Source: an uncultured Thermoplasmata archaeon
GTDB taxonomy: Archaea; Thermoplasmatota; Thermoplasmata; UBA10834
Reading direction: 5' to 3'
NCBI GenBank assembly: GCA_963787465.1
Contig: CAWBDD010000009.1
Span: 14,358-78,357 of the forward strand
DNA: 64,000 nucleotides
Each line of letters begins with the position of its first letter. Within the stretch, counting starts at the first letter, position 1. The translations under genes and the position numbers were made by a program. Below, piece by piece: positions 9,645 through 18,774 of this stretch. The notes beneath the pieces are model-generated. The model searched no databases. It was not told the DNA's origin and saw only the letters and a program-made list of their open reading frames with translations.

Positions 9645-9851
9645 ATCTGGGTCCAAGTGATGATACGAGGACCGTATAAGCCTTTTCGATAGGCGTGCGG
9701 AAGCTGCTCGGAAAATGCCAGTCAGTGACCTCTTGGTCAGTCAGACCGAGGAGGCACCACGGTTGTACATCCAGGAACGGATGTGGGCACTTCGATGGCA
9801 ACGTCGTTATAAATACCTTTATGCCCGGCCGTCGCATTACCAGCTTCGGGC

Positions 9852-11555
9852 ATGAGGGGCATCACTCAATTCGGGAGCTTAGCTGAGGCACTAACGGACG
9901 AGGTCTTCAGCTGGGACCCTGTGTACTCCACTCAGCTTGGGTGGAGGAAGTACGACAACCTCCTAGGCGACCCCTCGGACGACGGCTTCAGACAGCAGGT
10001 CGAGCGGATGAAGGCCCGCATGGTCGAGCTCAAGACCATACCCGACAACGAGCTCTCGCCCGACGAGGACCTCGACCGGGACCTCGCGATCCACATCTTC
10101 GAGAACCGCGTGTTCGAGCTCGAGGAGCTCAGACAGCACGCCCACATGTCGATCGGGCCCGGGAAGCTCGCTGACGGCATCTTCTTCCTCTTCGTCAGGG
10201 AGCACATGCCCCTCGAGGTCCGGTTCGATGCCATCACCGCAAGGCTGGAGAGGGCGCCTGAGTTCCTTGAGAAGGCCAAGATGGCCGTGACGGACCCATA
10301 TGCCGTATGGAACTCGACCGCCCTCGACACGGGCGAGGGACTGATACACTTCTTGGACCTGGTCGTGGCCACGGCGGAGACGAAGCTGGGGCCATGCGCG
10401 AGGACTTCCAGGCTGAAGGCCGCTGCGAAGAAGGCATCCGAGGCCATCAGACAGCACAACGACTGGCTGAGACGGTCCCTGGCCGATGGGACGCGGTCGT
10501 CGCAGGCCCTCGACCCCGCACGCTTCGAGAGGCTCCTGGCGCTGAGGAGGTTCGGCGTCAACGCCGACGAGGCTCTCAGGATCGCAGAGATGCAGCTCGC
10601 CGCCGCGAAGGCGATCCGGGAGGATGTCGCCCGGAAGATCTCCCCTGTTGGAGGGCTGGACGGGGCCATCAAGGTCATGCGCGCGGACCACCCATCGAGC
10701 TTCGAGGAGATCATCAAGGCCTACAGGGAGTCGATCTGCAAGGCGCGAGATTTCGTCGTCGCGAAGGGTCTCGTGCTCATACCCGAGGGCGAGAAGCTCC
10801 TCGTCATGGAGACCCCGCACTTCATGAGGAAGAACGCGCCCTTCGCGGCGCAGTTCGAGCCCGCAAGGTTCGCGAACGACAGGACGGGGCTGTTCCTTGT
10901 CACGCCAGACGGTGGAGACCCGGCCGCGCTCATGGAGCACAGCTACCCAATCATAACCAACACGACGGTGCACGAGGCGTACCCGGGGCACCACCTGCAG
11001 GGCGTCTGCGCTGTCACCAACCCCTCCATGATAAGGGCGCTCTGCGGCTCGGCGGACTTCGCAGAGGGATGGGCGCTGTACTGCGAGGACCTCATGATCT
11101 CCGAGGGGTACAACGCCACGGACATGGGGAGGCTCGCCCAGCTCAACGACCTCATATTCAGGATCGTGCGGGTCATAGCCGAGGTCAAGCTCTCGAGGTG
11201 CGAGATGACCGTCGAGCAGGCGGCCGAGATGCTCTCGAAGGAGACCGGCATGGACATGAAGCCCGCGATGGACGAGGCAAGGAGCTACACCCACTCGCCG
11301 ACATACTACATGGCCTACTACATCGGCAAGCTCGCGATCATGCAGCTCAGGGAGGACGCCGAGAGGGCCCTCGGTGGCAAGTTCACACTCGAGTTCTTCC
11401 ACACGACTCTCGTCACGGCCGGATGCATGCCCATGACATTCATGCGGAGGGCGCTCGCCCTCAGGATGAAGGAGAAGTACGGCGTGGACCTCGGCCCCCA
11501 GAGGGAGCCGCTCGTCCAGTTCACGACCAGGATGGCCTCGCAGGGACGGGTCTGA
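9852..11555 (+). CDS. DUF885 family protein (putative metallopeptidase)
   Basis: HEAYPGHHLQ and EGWALYCE motifs, YYIGKLAI, FFHTTLV. No signal peptide seen. Confidence 0.85.
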   Translation: MRGITQFGSLAEALTDEVFSWDPVYSTQLGWRKYDNLLGDPSDDGFRQQVERMKARMVELKTIPDNELSPDEDLDRDLAIHIFENRVFELEELRQHAHMSIGPGKLADGIFFLFVREHMPLEVRFDAITARLERAPEFLEKAKMAVTDPYAVWNSTALDTGEGLIHFLDLVVATAETKLGPCARTSRLKAAAKKASEAIRQHNDWLRRSLADGTRSSQALDPARFERLLALRRFGVNADEALRIAEMQLAAAKAIREDVARKISPVGGLDGAIKVMRADHPSSFEEIIKAYRESICKARDFVVAKGLVLIPEGEKLLVMETPHFMRKNAPFAAQFEPARFANDRTGLFLVTPDGGDPAALMEHSYPIITNTTVHEAYPGHHLQGVCAVTNPSMIRALCGSADFAEGWALYCEDLMISEGYNATDMGRLAQLNDLIFRIVRVIAEVKLSRCEMTVEQAAEMLSKETGMDMKPAMDEARSYTHSPTYYMAYYIGKLAIMQLREDAERALGGKFTLEFFHTTLVTAGCMPMTFMRRALALRMKEKYGVDLGPQREPLVQFTTRMASQGRV

Positions 11556-11556
11556 A

Positions 11557-14500
11557 CTAGCCCTGCTTCTCCAGTATGTCGACCCACTCCTCTTCGGCCA
11601 TGCCCTCGCCCTCCTCGACGGTCCACGAGCCGGGCTTGTACGCGCTGGTCATGTAGGCCTGGAGCATCTGCTCGACGCCCTTGAGCGCCTTCATCGTGCC
11701 GTTCCACTTCTCGATGCGGCCCTTGAAGCGCTCCTCGACGTCCCTGAGGAGCATGGTCAGCCCCTCCATGACGTCCTTGGACGGCCAGCCGGAGTAGATC
11801 ATCGCGAGGTAGGCGCTCTGGCCCTTCTCGATGACGACGTTCTTGTCGCCGATCTCAAGCTTCTTGAGGCCGACCTCGCCCTGCTGGAACGAGTCCTTCA
11901 CGAACTCCTGGACGGCCGTGAACATGGCGCTCACGACGTCCTTGTCTATGATCGTGTTCTCCAGCTTGGTCACGTGCGCGATCAGCCTCCCGTCGTTGTG
12001 GATCAGGAACAGGTTCTCGAGCGTGTACGGCCTCGGGATCATGCGCGCCGCGAAGTAGCCCGCGACGGCGGCCGCGAGCAGCACGAGGGGGAGGGTGTAC
12101 GGATAGCCGATCAGCTCAGCCATCGTCTTCGAGACGCCCACGCGGAACGTCACGATGTTGGAGTCGAGCCCCTCCTCGTCCTGGGCGTAGACGGTCACGG
12201 TTATGACATCGACCCCGTCCGGGAGGTTGAAGTAGAGGTTGCCTCCGACGACCGCGACGTTGGCGTCCGGCGCGGCTATGACCGCGAGCATGTCGACCGG
12301 GGTCTCCGCGTCCGTGAAGTAATCCAGTATCGGGAAGTGGCCGTTCCTCGGCCCTCCCCTCACGATCGTGTCTGGTATGTTCTGCACCATCGGGGCGTCG
12401 TTGACCGGGAGGACCACGACGGTCGCCTGCCACGCGGCCCACGCACCGTGCGGGTCCACAGCCTTGAAGACGATGTCCTCGCTCCCGGACCAGTTGGCGG
12501 CCGCGGTGAAGTTCACGATACCGCTGTCGTAGATCGTCGCGCAGATGTTCGTGCAGCCGTCCGCCCTGAACTGCAGGTCGCTGTCGTCCTGGTCGTAGAA
12601 CAGGATCGAGAGGTCGATCGAGCCGTTCAGGTAGGTGTCCTCGGAGAAGGAGATGAGGTCATAGTATGGGGCGGGGTCGACGACCACGGGCGCGTAGTCG
12701 TCGCTGATGATCACCTGGAACTCGGCGGGAGGGTCGTTGGACGCGTCCCACGGGTCCGTCACGGTCATCTCGACGTCCACGATGTACGGGTCCGTGAAGG
12801 CCCCGCCGCTGAGGTTCGCGGGGAAGAGCATCTCGATCCGGCCGTCCGAGTACATCACGTGCGGATCGTCGAACTCGAAGGACAGGACATCCAGCGCGTC
12901 GTCCGGGTCGTAGACGTAGAGGGATGCGTCGAAGTAGGCCGGAGAGTCGTACCTGATGTGGAAGGCCTCATCCATCCCCGTGACAGATGGCGCGTCGTTG
13001 ACCGCTATCACGGTCACGACTATGGTGTCCGTCTTTATGGCACCGGTCGTGTCCCTCGCAGTCAGCGTGCCCTCGGTGGATCCGGACCATTCCGAGAGGG
13101 CACTGATGTTGACGACATGGGTCGCCGGGTCGGGATCAATGACGACATCGTGGAACCCGGCGCTGTAGACCAGGTAGTCGCCGTCGATGTCGATGAAGTA
13201 GTCGTCCAGGTCGAAGGCCTGCACGGTCTCCCCCTCCAGGAGGGTGACATCGGGGAGCGACTCGGTGAGGTCTGGCGGCGTGTCGTCGGTCACGTAGACG
13301 ACAAGGCTCATGTGGTCCGAGTTGCTGCCGTCGGCCTGCGTGATCGACTCTGCGTCCGTGACGGTCACCTCCACGATCTCGAAGTAGTCGGTGTCGGGGG
13401 TTACCTCGGGGAACATGAAGCTCGCGAAGAGGCCGTCGAACAGCAGGTTGTCCGGGAAGTCGGACCCGAACACCAGGTCCTCCCTCGCCGTGTCCACGTC
13501 CTGGACATAGTAGGTGTAGTCGAAGGTGTAGAGCAGGTCGAACTTGACGTACAGCTCGGTCGGCGGGGAGTTGACGAACTCGGGACGGTCGTCCACTGGC
13601 TGTATGCTGACCGAGATGTCCTGGTAGGTGGAGAATCCGTCCGGGTCCCTGACCCAGAGGCGGAACGTGTCGCTGCCGAACGCATCCGGCTGCGTGATGA
13701 AGTGCATGATTGCCAGCGAGTCCGCGTCGTGGGTTATGATGTAGAGCGATGAGTCGACTCCCTCGACGTACCACCTGAGTATGCTCGTCCCGTTCGTGTG
13801 ATGCCAGTACACGGCGAGGCTCAGGTCCCAGTTGGTGTCCTCGGCGGCAATCTGCGTCGGGATCGTGTTGAGCCACGGTCCGCTGAGGGCGTTGATGACC
13901 TCGACCTCCGCGGAGGTGCTCACGCTGCCGACGGAGACCTCTACGGTCCCGCTCTCGGGTATGAAACCGGCCGTGTAGGTCGCGGTCGAGCCTATGCCCG
14001 AGATGGATCCGGAGGTGTCGGTGGTCCACAGGGCGCCAGGTATCGCGACCGGATTGCCGAGCAGGTCGTATCCCGTCGCGGTGAATGTCTGGGTCTCCCC
14101 TTCGCGCACGGTCACTGGGCCCGGCGGGACCATGACTATGCTCGTCAGCTCACCAGCGGTCACGGTGATGTCCACTAGCGCGTAAGACCCTGTCTCCGGG
14201 TCTGAGCAGTTCAGAGTGCCGGCGCCGATTCCTGTGACTGTCAGCGTCGCCGAGAGACCGTCCGGTTCGAGGGTCCCGATGTCGCCATCGATGGACCACA
14301 TCGGCGTCCAGGTGGTGTTGACCAGGCCGAGGGCATCCGTGCCGACGGCGTCGAACTCCTGGTCGGCGCCGGCCATCAGGGACAAGGGCCCAGCGGGGTC
14401 CACCGACACGGTCAAGACAGGGCCGGAAGTGACGACGACTGGCCCGCTCCAGCCCACGTGTGAGCCGGACACGACCATGATCGTGATGGTCTCCTCCGCG

Positions 14501-15762
14501 TAGTCGTAGCTCTGGGACGCGATCACAGCCTGTCCGTCAGTCCAGCCATCGGAGGCGACCGCGTCGACGGCGAGGCTGCCGACGGCGGGAGTAACCATGT
14601 CATCCTTGAACGGAGTGAGCGTGAGGGGGCCAGACCAGCCGGTCAGGACCTCGTACGAGGACCCGAGGGCCGTGACCGTCATGATGAAAGACTGTCCGGC
14701 GACGATGGCCGATGGCGTGTCGACCTGGAAGTAGCTCACCTCGATGACCGAGAACTCGCATGACAGCCAGGACGGCGTGCCCTGCGTGTCGTACGCCCAG
14801 ACGGTCGCTGTGAAGCTGCCGTTCCCGAGCCGCGGGAGGTCGTAGCTGAAGGTCTTCCACGACGAGAGCAAGGAAGGGTCCGTCGAGACGAGGCCCATGC
14901 CCGCATTCGGAACGACCATGGTCATGTTGCCCGAATGCGCCACCTCGACCTGGGCACCCACTATGTCGTACGAGCCGAACGGGTCCGAGATGTTCGCCCA
15001 GACAGTGACCGTGTCGCCGTCCGAGAACGAGACATCGGGTGAGGCGAGCGAACCGGTCGCCGCTTCGTCCACCGAGACGAATGTCTCAGTGGCCACGACG
15101 ACGTAGGAATCGTACAGGTTCTGGTCGTACATGACGATGAGGCCGTCGTTGACCGAGTCACCACGCTGGATCGTGGCCACGAATGTGTGGTTCGTCGCGA
15201 GGGTGTAATCGATCCCGGTCACGGTGCCGTTGTACGCCTTGAACTCAGAGTAGACGGGGCCTGTCAGGGCCACATCCACGGAATCGATGGTCGTCCAGGC
15301 ATCAGGGTCGGCGATCTCGCCTGGGGCGGCATCGGAGAATGTGATCCTCATGGTCCCGGACTGGTTGTCCCTCGAGCGGGCCTGGATGACCGCGCTGATG
15401 TCGCCCAGGATGTGGACGTCCTTGTTGACCGCGGGGTCGAGGACGAAGAACTGCCTCCAGTGCTCGGAGGGGTTCCACTTCTTGATCGTGATGCCCATAA
15501 GGCCGTCGCTGTCATAGTCGGAGTATGACGGGTTGTACGGGTCGGATGAGTTGAGCCAATCGTAGTAGCTGGAGGATATCGTGGCTCCTTCGTGCAGGTG
15601 GAAGACCCGGTTCCATGACGGGAGCGAGGCCGCGTCCGCGGACATGCCCGCGGGCCGAGGCATGAAAGGTGATGCGAGGATGACCACAGCGAGCAGGATG
15701 GAGAGCGACCTGACGGTGGATTGAACTCCCTTCCGCCTATGCGCGCTGTCAGGGTTTACCAT
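11557..15762 (-). CDS. Large single-pass surface protein: Ig-like and cadherin-like repeats, TM helix, cytoplasmic longin/roadblock-like domain
   Basis: Signal peptide (SILLAVVILASP); two Big_2-like repeats; cadherin-like repeats ending PVDDRP, AVNDAP and PVNDAP; TM YPYTLPLVLLAAAVAGYFAA (~12040-12115); tail FLIHNDGRLIAH...SAMFTAVQEFVKDSF...LKKLEIGDKNVVIEKG...LLRDVEERF. Confidence 0.8.
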   Translation of the reverse strand: MVNPDSAHRRKGVQSTVRSLSILLAVVILASPFMPRPAGMSADAASLPSWNRVFHLHEGATISSSYYDWLNSSDPYNPSYSDYDSDGLMGITIKKWNPSEHWRQFFVLDPAVNKDVHILGDISAVIQARSRDNQSGTMRITFSDAAPGEIADPDAWTTIDSVDVALTGPVYSEFKAYNGTVTGIDYTLATNHTFVATIQRGDSVNDGLIVMYDQNLYDSYVVVATETFVSVDEAATGSLASPDVSFSDGDTVTVWANISDPFGSYDIVGAQVEVAHSGNMTMVVPNAGMGLVSTDPSLLSSWKTFSYDLPRLGNGSFTATVWAYDTQGTPSWLSCEFSVIEVSYFQVDTPSAIVAGQSFIMTVTALGSSYEVLTGWSGPLTLTPFKDDMVTPAVGSLAVDAVASDGWTDGQAVIASQSYDYAEETITIMVVSGSHVGWSGPVVVTSGPVLTVSVDPAGPLSLMAGADQEFDAVGTDALGLVNTTWTPMWSIDGDIGTLEPDGLSATLTVTGIGAGTLNCSDPETGSYALVDITVTAGELTSIVMVPPGPVTVREGETQTFTATGYDLLGNPVAIPGALWTTDTSGSISGIGSTATYTAGFIPESGTVEVSVGSVSTSAEVEVINALSGPWLNTIPTQIAAEDTNWDLSLAVYWHHTNGTSILRWYVEGVDSSLYIITHDADSLAIMHFITQPDAFGSDTFRLWVRDPDGFSTYQDISVSIQPVDDRPEFVNSPPTELYVKFDLLYTFDYTYYVQDVDTAREDLVFGSDFPDNLLFDGLFASFMFPEVTPDTDYFEIVEVTVTDAESITQADGSNSDHMSLVVYVTDDTPPDLTESLPDVTLLEGETVQAFDLDDYFIDIDGDYLVYSAGFHDVVIDPDPATHVVNISALSEWSGSTEGTLTARDTTGAIKTDTIVVTVIAVNDAPSVTGMDEAFHIRYDSPAYFDASLYVYDPDDALDVLSFEFDDPHVMYSDGRIEMLFPANLSGGAFTDPYIVDVEMTVTDPWDASNDPPAEFQVIISDDYAPVVVDPAPYYDLISFSEDTYLNGSIDLSILFYDQDDSDLQFRADGCTNICATIYDSGIVNFTAAANWSGSEDIVFKAVDPHGAWAAWQATVVVLPVNDAPMVQNIPDTIVRGGPRNGHFPILDYFTDAETPVDMLAVIAAPDANVAVVGGNLYFNLPDGVDVITVTVYAQDEEGLDSNIVTFRVGVSKTMAELIGYPYTLPLVLLAAAVAGYFAARMIPRPYTLENLFLIHNDGRLIAHVTKLENTIIDKDVVSAMFTAVQEFVKDSFQQGEVGLKKLEIGDKNVVIEKGQSAYLAMIYSGWPSKDVMEGLTMLLRDVEERFKGRIEKWNGTMKALKGVEQMLQAYMTSAYKPGSWTVEEGEGMAEEEWVDILEKQG

Positions 15763-15870
15763 TTCCGTTCTACCCCTGCTCTCTTCTCGCAAGGGGAATT
15801 TATAGCCCCTGCTGGGGTTATAAGCGTTCTCAATCTGTTATCACATCTGGGAACGGCATACTGGCTAGGC

Positions 15871-16416
15871 TCATTCAGAGGACATCTTGTCGGCCATCGC
15901 CTTCCCGAGGGCCTTGAACATCGCCTCGACGTTCTGGCCGGTCTTGGCAGATGTCAGGAATGCGACGGACTTGTACTTGGAGGCCAGCTCCTGAAGGTCC
16001 TCCTCCTTGACCGCCCTCTCGTTCTCCATGTCCGCCTTGTTGCCCGCGAACACGACGGGGACATCGCCCGCGACATCGGTGAGGGCCTTGATCCAGTACC
16101 TGAGCTCCTCGAGGCTCTCCTTGTTCGTTAGGTCGCAGACCGCGATGGCACCATGTGCCCCGAAGAAATAGGCCTCCCTCAGGAGCTCCCTGAACCCCTT
16201 CTGGCCCATGATATCCCAGACCAGCATCATGACCTTCACGGTCTGACCAGGCCCCGCGGGGACCTCGACGATCTTCTTGGTCACCTTCGTGCCGATTGTG
16301 GCGATGTATCTGTCATCGAAAACATCGAGGACGAACCTCTTGATGAGGCTGGTCTTGCCGACGCCGGCGTCTCCAATAAAGCATACTTTGACTTTCATCA
16401 GGTCGTCTTCGTTCAT
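15871..16416 (-). CDS. Rab-like small GTPase (Ras superfamily)
   Basis: G1 GDAGVGKT, G2 ATIG, G3 WDIMGQ, G4 NKAD, G5 TSAK; 181 aa with no other domain. Confidence 0.92.
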   Translation of the reverse strand: MNEDDLMKVKVCFIGDAGVGKTSLIKRFVLDVFDDRYIATIGTKVTKKIVEVPAGPGQTVKVMMLVWDIMGQKGFRELLREAYFFGAHGAIAVCDLTNKESLEELRYWIKALTDVAGDVPVVFAGNKADMENERAVKEEDLQELASKYKSVAFLTSAKTGQNVEAMFKALGKAMADKMSSE

Positions 16417-16535
16417 CGATGTACCCTCCCGCGAAGGGATGTGGTCCGGTCTCTTCAGGTGAATTACCTAGATGGCTTTTAAGCCTTTGGTAATGCCTGG
16501 CACAGGCCAGCATGCGGTGCCGGAGTGACCCAGCT

Positions 16536-17543
16536 TCACTCGTGCTCCGCACAGCCGAGGTTGATGGCGATCTCCGCGATGTCCGCCGAGTACAGTGCCG
16601 TCCTCTCCAGGCTCTCGATCATCAGAGCGAGAGGGACGGCGTGTTTCCCCTTCTGCTCCATCAGCAGCCGTATGATCGGCTCCCTGCTCGACCGGATGTT
16701 CTCCGCCTCGTCGACGACGGTGTTCGCGGTCTGGAGGTCCCTCTTCAGGAGCGATTCGATGGACCGGTCCAGGACTGACGTCACCGTGGCGCTGTACGCG
16801 TGCATCTCGGTGAGCACCTTCTCCGGGACCCGCTCGCCCGTGAGCGTCTGGACCCTGAGCGCTATCCTGGCTGCGTGGTCCGCTATCCTCTCCATCGCCT
16901 TGGCGGCCTGGAGGTAGAACGAGGCCTCGGTCAGGCTCACGCCCATCTTCCTCGCGAGGACTGGGTCGCGGACCATCATGCTCTGTTGCTTCGAGATGAA
17001 CCAGTACAGCCTGTCGACCTCGTCGTCCCTCGTCACCACGTCTCCCGCGAGCTCAGGGTTGCCCTCGGCAAGCGCCTCCATGGCGTCGGCGTGCATGGAG
17101 CGGGACATAAGGTGCATCCGCTTCAGGATCTTCCTCATGTCCAGGTGCGAATGGTCTGCGACGTCCTGGATGGTTATCGCCACGCCGCTCTCGTCGACGA
17201 TCTGGGGGCCGATGACCCTCCTCGTGAAGTCCCGGACCGCTTTCCTGATGTCCGGCTGGATCCTGGTCCTCGACCGGATGACCATCTCGAAGTATCCGGT
17301 GATGTACAGCCCGATCAACCTTCTCAGGAAATGGTGCGGGACTTCGTCATCCTCAACGAACACCTCGACTTTGGCAGTGGGTCTCCTGCCTCCGAGGGTC
17401 GGGTCGATGGACAGCAGCCCGCTGTTGTCGATCGTGATCGCTACTGGGTCGCCCTCCTTCAGCTTGGACGCCGTCACCCAGTACTTGGGCAAGGAGACTG
17501 TGTAGGTCGAACCGCCGGTCTTCTGCAATTTCCTGGTCTCCAT
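16536..17543 (-). CDS. Archaeal phosphate-uptake regulator (AbrB/MazE N-terminus plus two PhoU domains)
   Basis: RKLQKTGGSTYTVSLPKYWV; RDDEVDRLY; MERIADHA; LERTALYS. Confidence 0.9.
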   Translation of the reverse strand: METRKLQKTGGSTYTVSLPKYWVTASKLKEGDPVAITIDNSGLLSIDPTLGGRRPTAKVEVFVEDDEVPHHFLRRLIGLYITGYFEMVIRSRTRIQPDIRKAVRDFTRRVIGPQIVDESGVAITIQDVADHSHLDMRKILKRMHLMSRSMHADAMEALAEGNPELAGDVVTRDDEVDRLYWFISKQQSMMVRDPVLARKMGVSLTEASFYLQAAKAMERIADHAARIALRVQTLTGERVPEKVLTEMHAYSATVTSVLDRSIESLLKRDLQTANTVVDEAENIRSSREPIIRLLMEQKGKHAVPLALMIESLERTALYSADIAEIAINLGCAEHE

Positions 17544-17767
17544 CTAAAACGCACCCCTAGCTAGACTGAATTCAGGCGAGATATCACTACATAGACAATC
17601 CGATTATTAATCCATTTCTATATAGTCTCCATACTAGCATGGTGCTTTGGGATGTCCCCGCAATTGCCAGCAACGAGGTTACGGCATCTCAATAGTTACG
17701 GACAGTTACGCCGAAACATCAATATATACGGTGTTTAATGAAGGTGTGCAAAGGAGATACGACAGAC

Positions 17768-17869
17768 ATGAGCAACAAGCGTTGCGATGTCGAGGTCGAT
17801 ATTGACATCGAAAAACTATTCGATGACGACCTCGTAGAAAATCGCTGGCTCGACTTCAAAGACAAGTGA
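17768..17869 (+). CDS. Putative 33-aa acidic small protein
   Basis: MSNKRCDVEVDIDIEKLFDDDLVENRWLDFKDK. RBS AAGGAG at ~17751 and TATA-like AATATATA at 17721. Below the ORF-track cutoff. Confidence 0.45.
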   Translation: MSNKRCDVEVDIDIEKLFDDDLVENRWLDFKDK

Positions 17870-17985
17870 AGTCAGCAAGTAGGAAGAAGAACGAACAAAC
17901 CTCTTAAACAAGCACCCCACCGCCCTAGCAAGACCGTGGGGATGCCACATGGCTTTTATCAAAGCTTGACGGTGCAGCATACGCC

Positions 17986-18750
17986 ATGGATGCCGACGGG
18001 TTACTCAGAGCATTGGATGATTCCACGATCGAGGCCCTCGGCGAGGAGAGAAAGGCGGCTGTGGCTTACTCCGGTGGGATCGACAGCGCGCTCGTCGCCG
18101 CGGTCGCAGGAAGGCACTGCAACATCACGCTCTACACATGTGGCACCGACGACTCGAAGGACCTGAAGGACGGCGCCGCCACGCCCAGCGGGGCGCGAAG
18201 GACGCTCATCCGCCTGGGCGACCACGATGTGAAGAGGCTCGCGTCCCTGGCGGGCACTGTCCTCGACACCACCGCACCAGCCCCCATCTCGTACACCGTC
18301 CCAGTCCTTTCCGTGCTCGAGGCGGCCGATGAGGGGCTGGTCCTCGTGGGCAGCGGGGCGGACGAGCTGTTCGCGGGCTATTCGAAGTACGCATCGATGG
18401 CCGACCCGACGTCGGCGATGAGGGCGGACCTGGTGAAGATGATGGCCGAGATGAAGAGGTTGCAGGAGCATCTGCGCCCGACCGGGAGGAGGCTCGCGGC
18501 CCCGTTCGCAGGAAGAGCGGTGGTCGACTTCGCGAACGGGCTCCCCCTCGACCAGAAGATCGGCCCGGCCGGGAGGAAGCTGGTCCTACGCGGAGCGGCG
18601 AAGCGGCTAGGGCTGGAGGCGCACGACCGCCCCAAGAAGGCAGCGCAGTACAGCTCGGGCGTGCTGAAGGCGATGGAGCGCATGGCGAAGAGCGACGGGG
18701 TGACCCTGTCGCAGTGGACCGCCGATCTCAGGGCCCGCACAAGTCCTTAA
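17986..18750 (+). CDS. Asparagine synthase C-terminal (PP-loop ATP pyrophosphatase) domain protein without a glutaminase domain
   Basis: AVAYSGGIDS, VLVGSGADELFAGY, RPKKAAQYSSG. Confidence 0.82.
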   Translation: MDADGLLRALDDSTIEALGEERKAAVAYSGGIDSALVAAVAGRHCNITLYTCGTDDSKDLKDGAATPSGARRTLIRLGDHDVKRLASLAGTVLDTTAPAPISYTVPVLSVLEAADEGLVLVGSGADELFAGYSKYASMADPTSAMRADLVKMMAEMKRLQEHLRPTGRRLAAPFAGRAVVDFANGLPLDQKIGPAGRKLVLRGAAKRLGLEAHDRPKKAAQYSSGVLKAMERMAKSDGVTLSQWTADLRARTSP

Positions 18751-18774
18751 TACCGAACCTCTGTTTTCCCTCCG

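Noticed and set aside
9657-9730. C-box-like GTGATGA suggesting a C/D sRNA
   Set aside because: No CTGA D box at a suitable distance, and it overlaps the permease 5' region.
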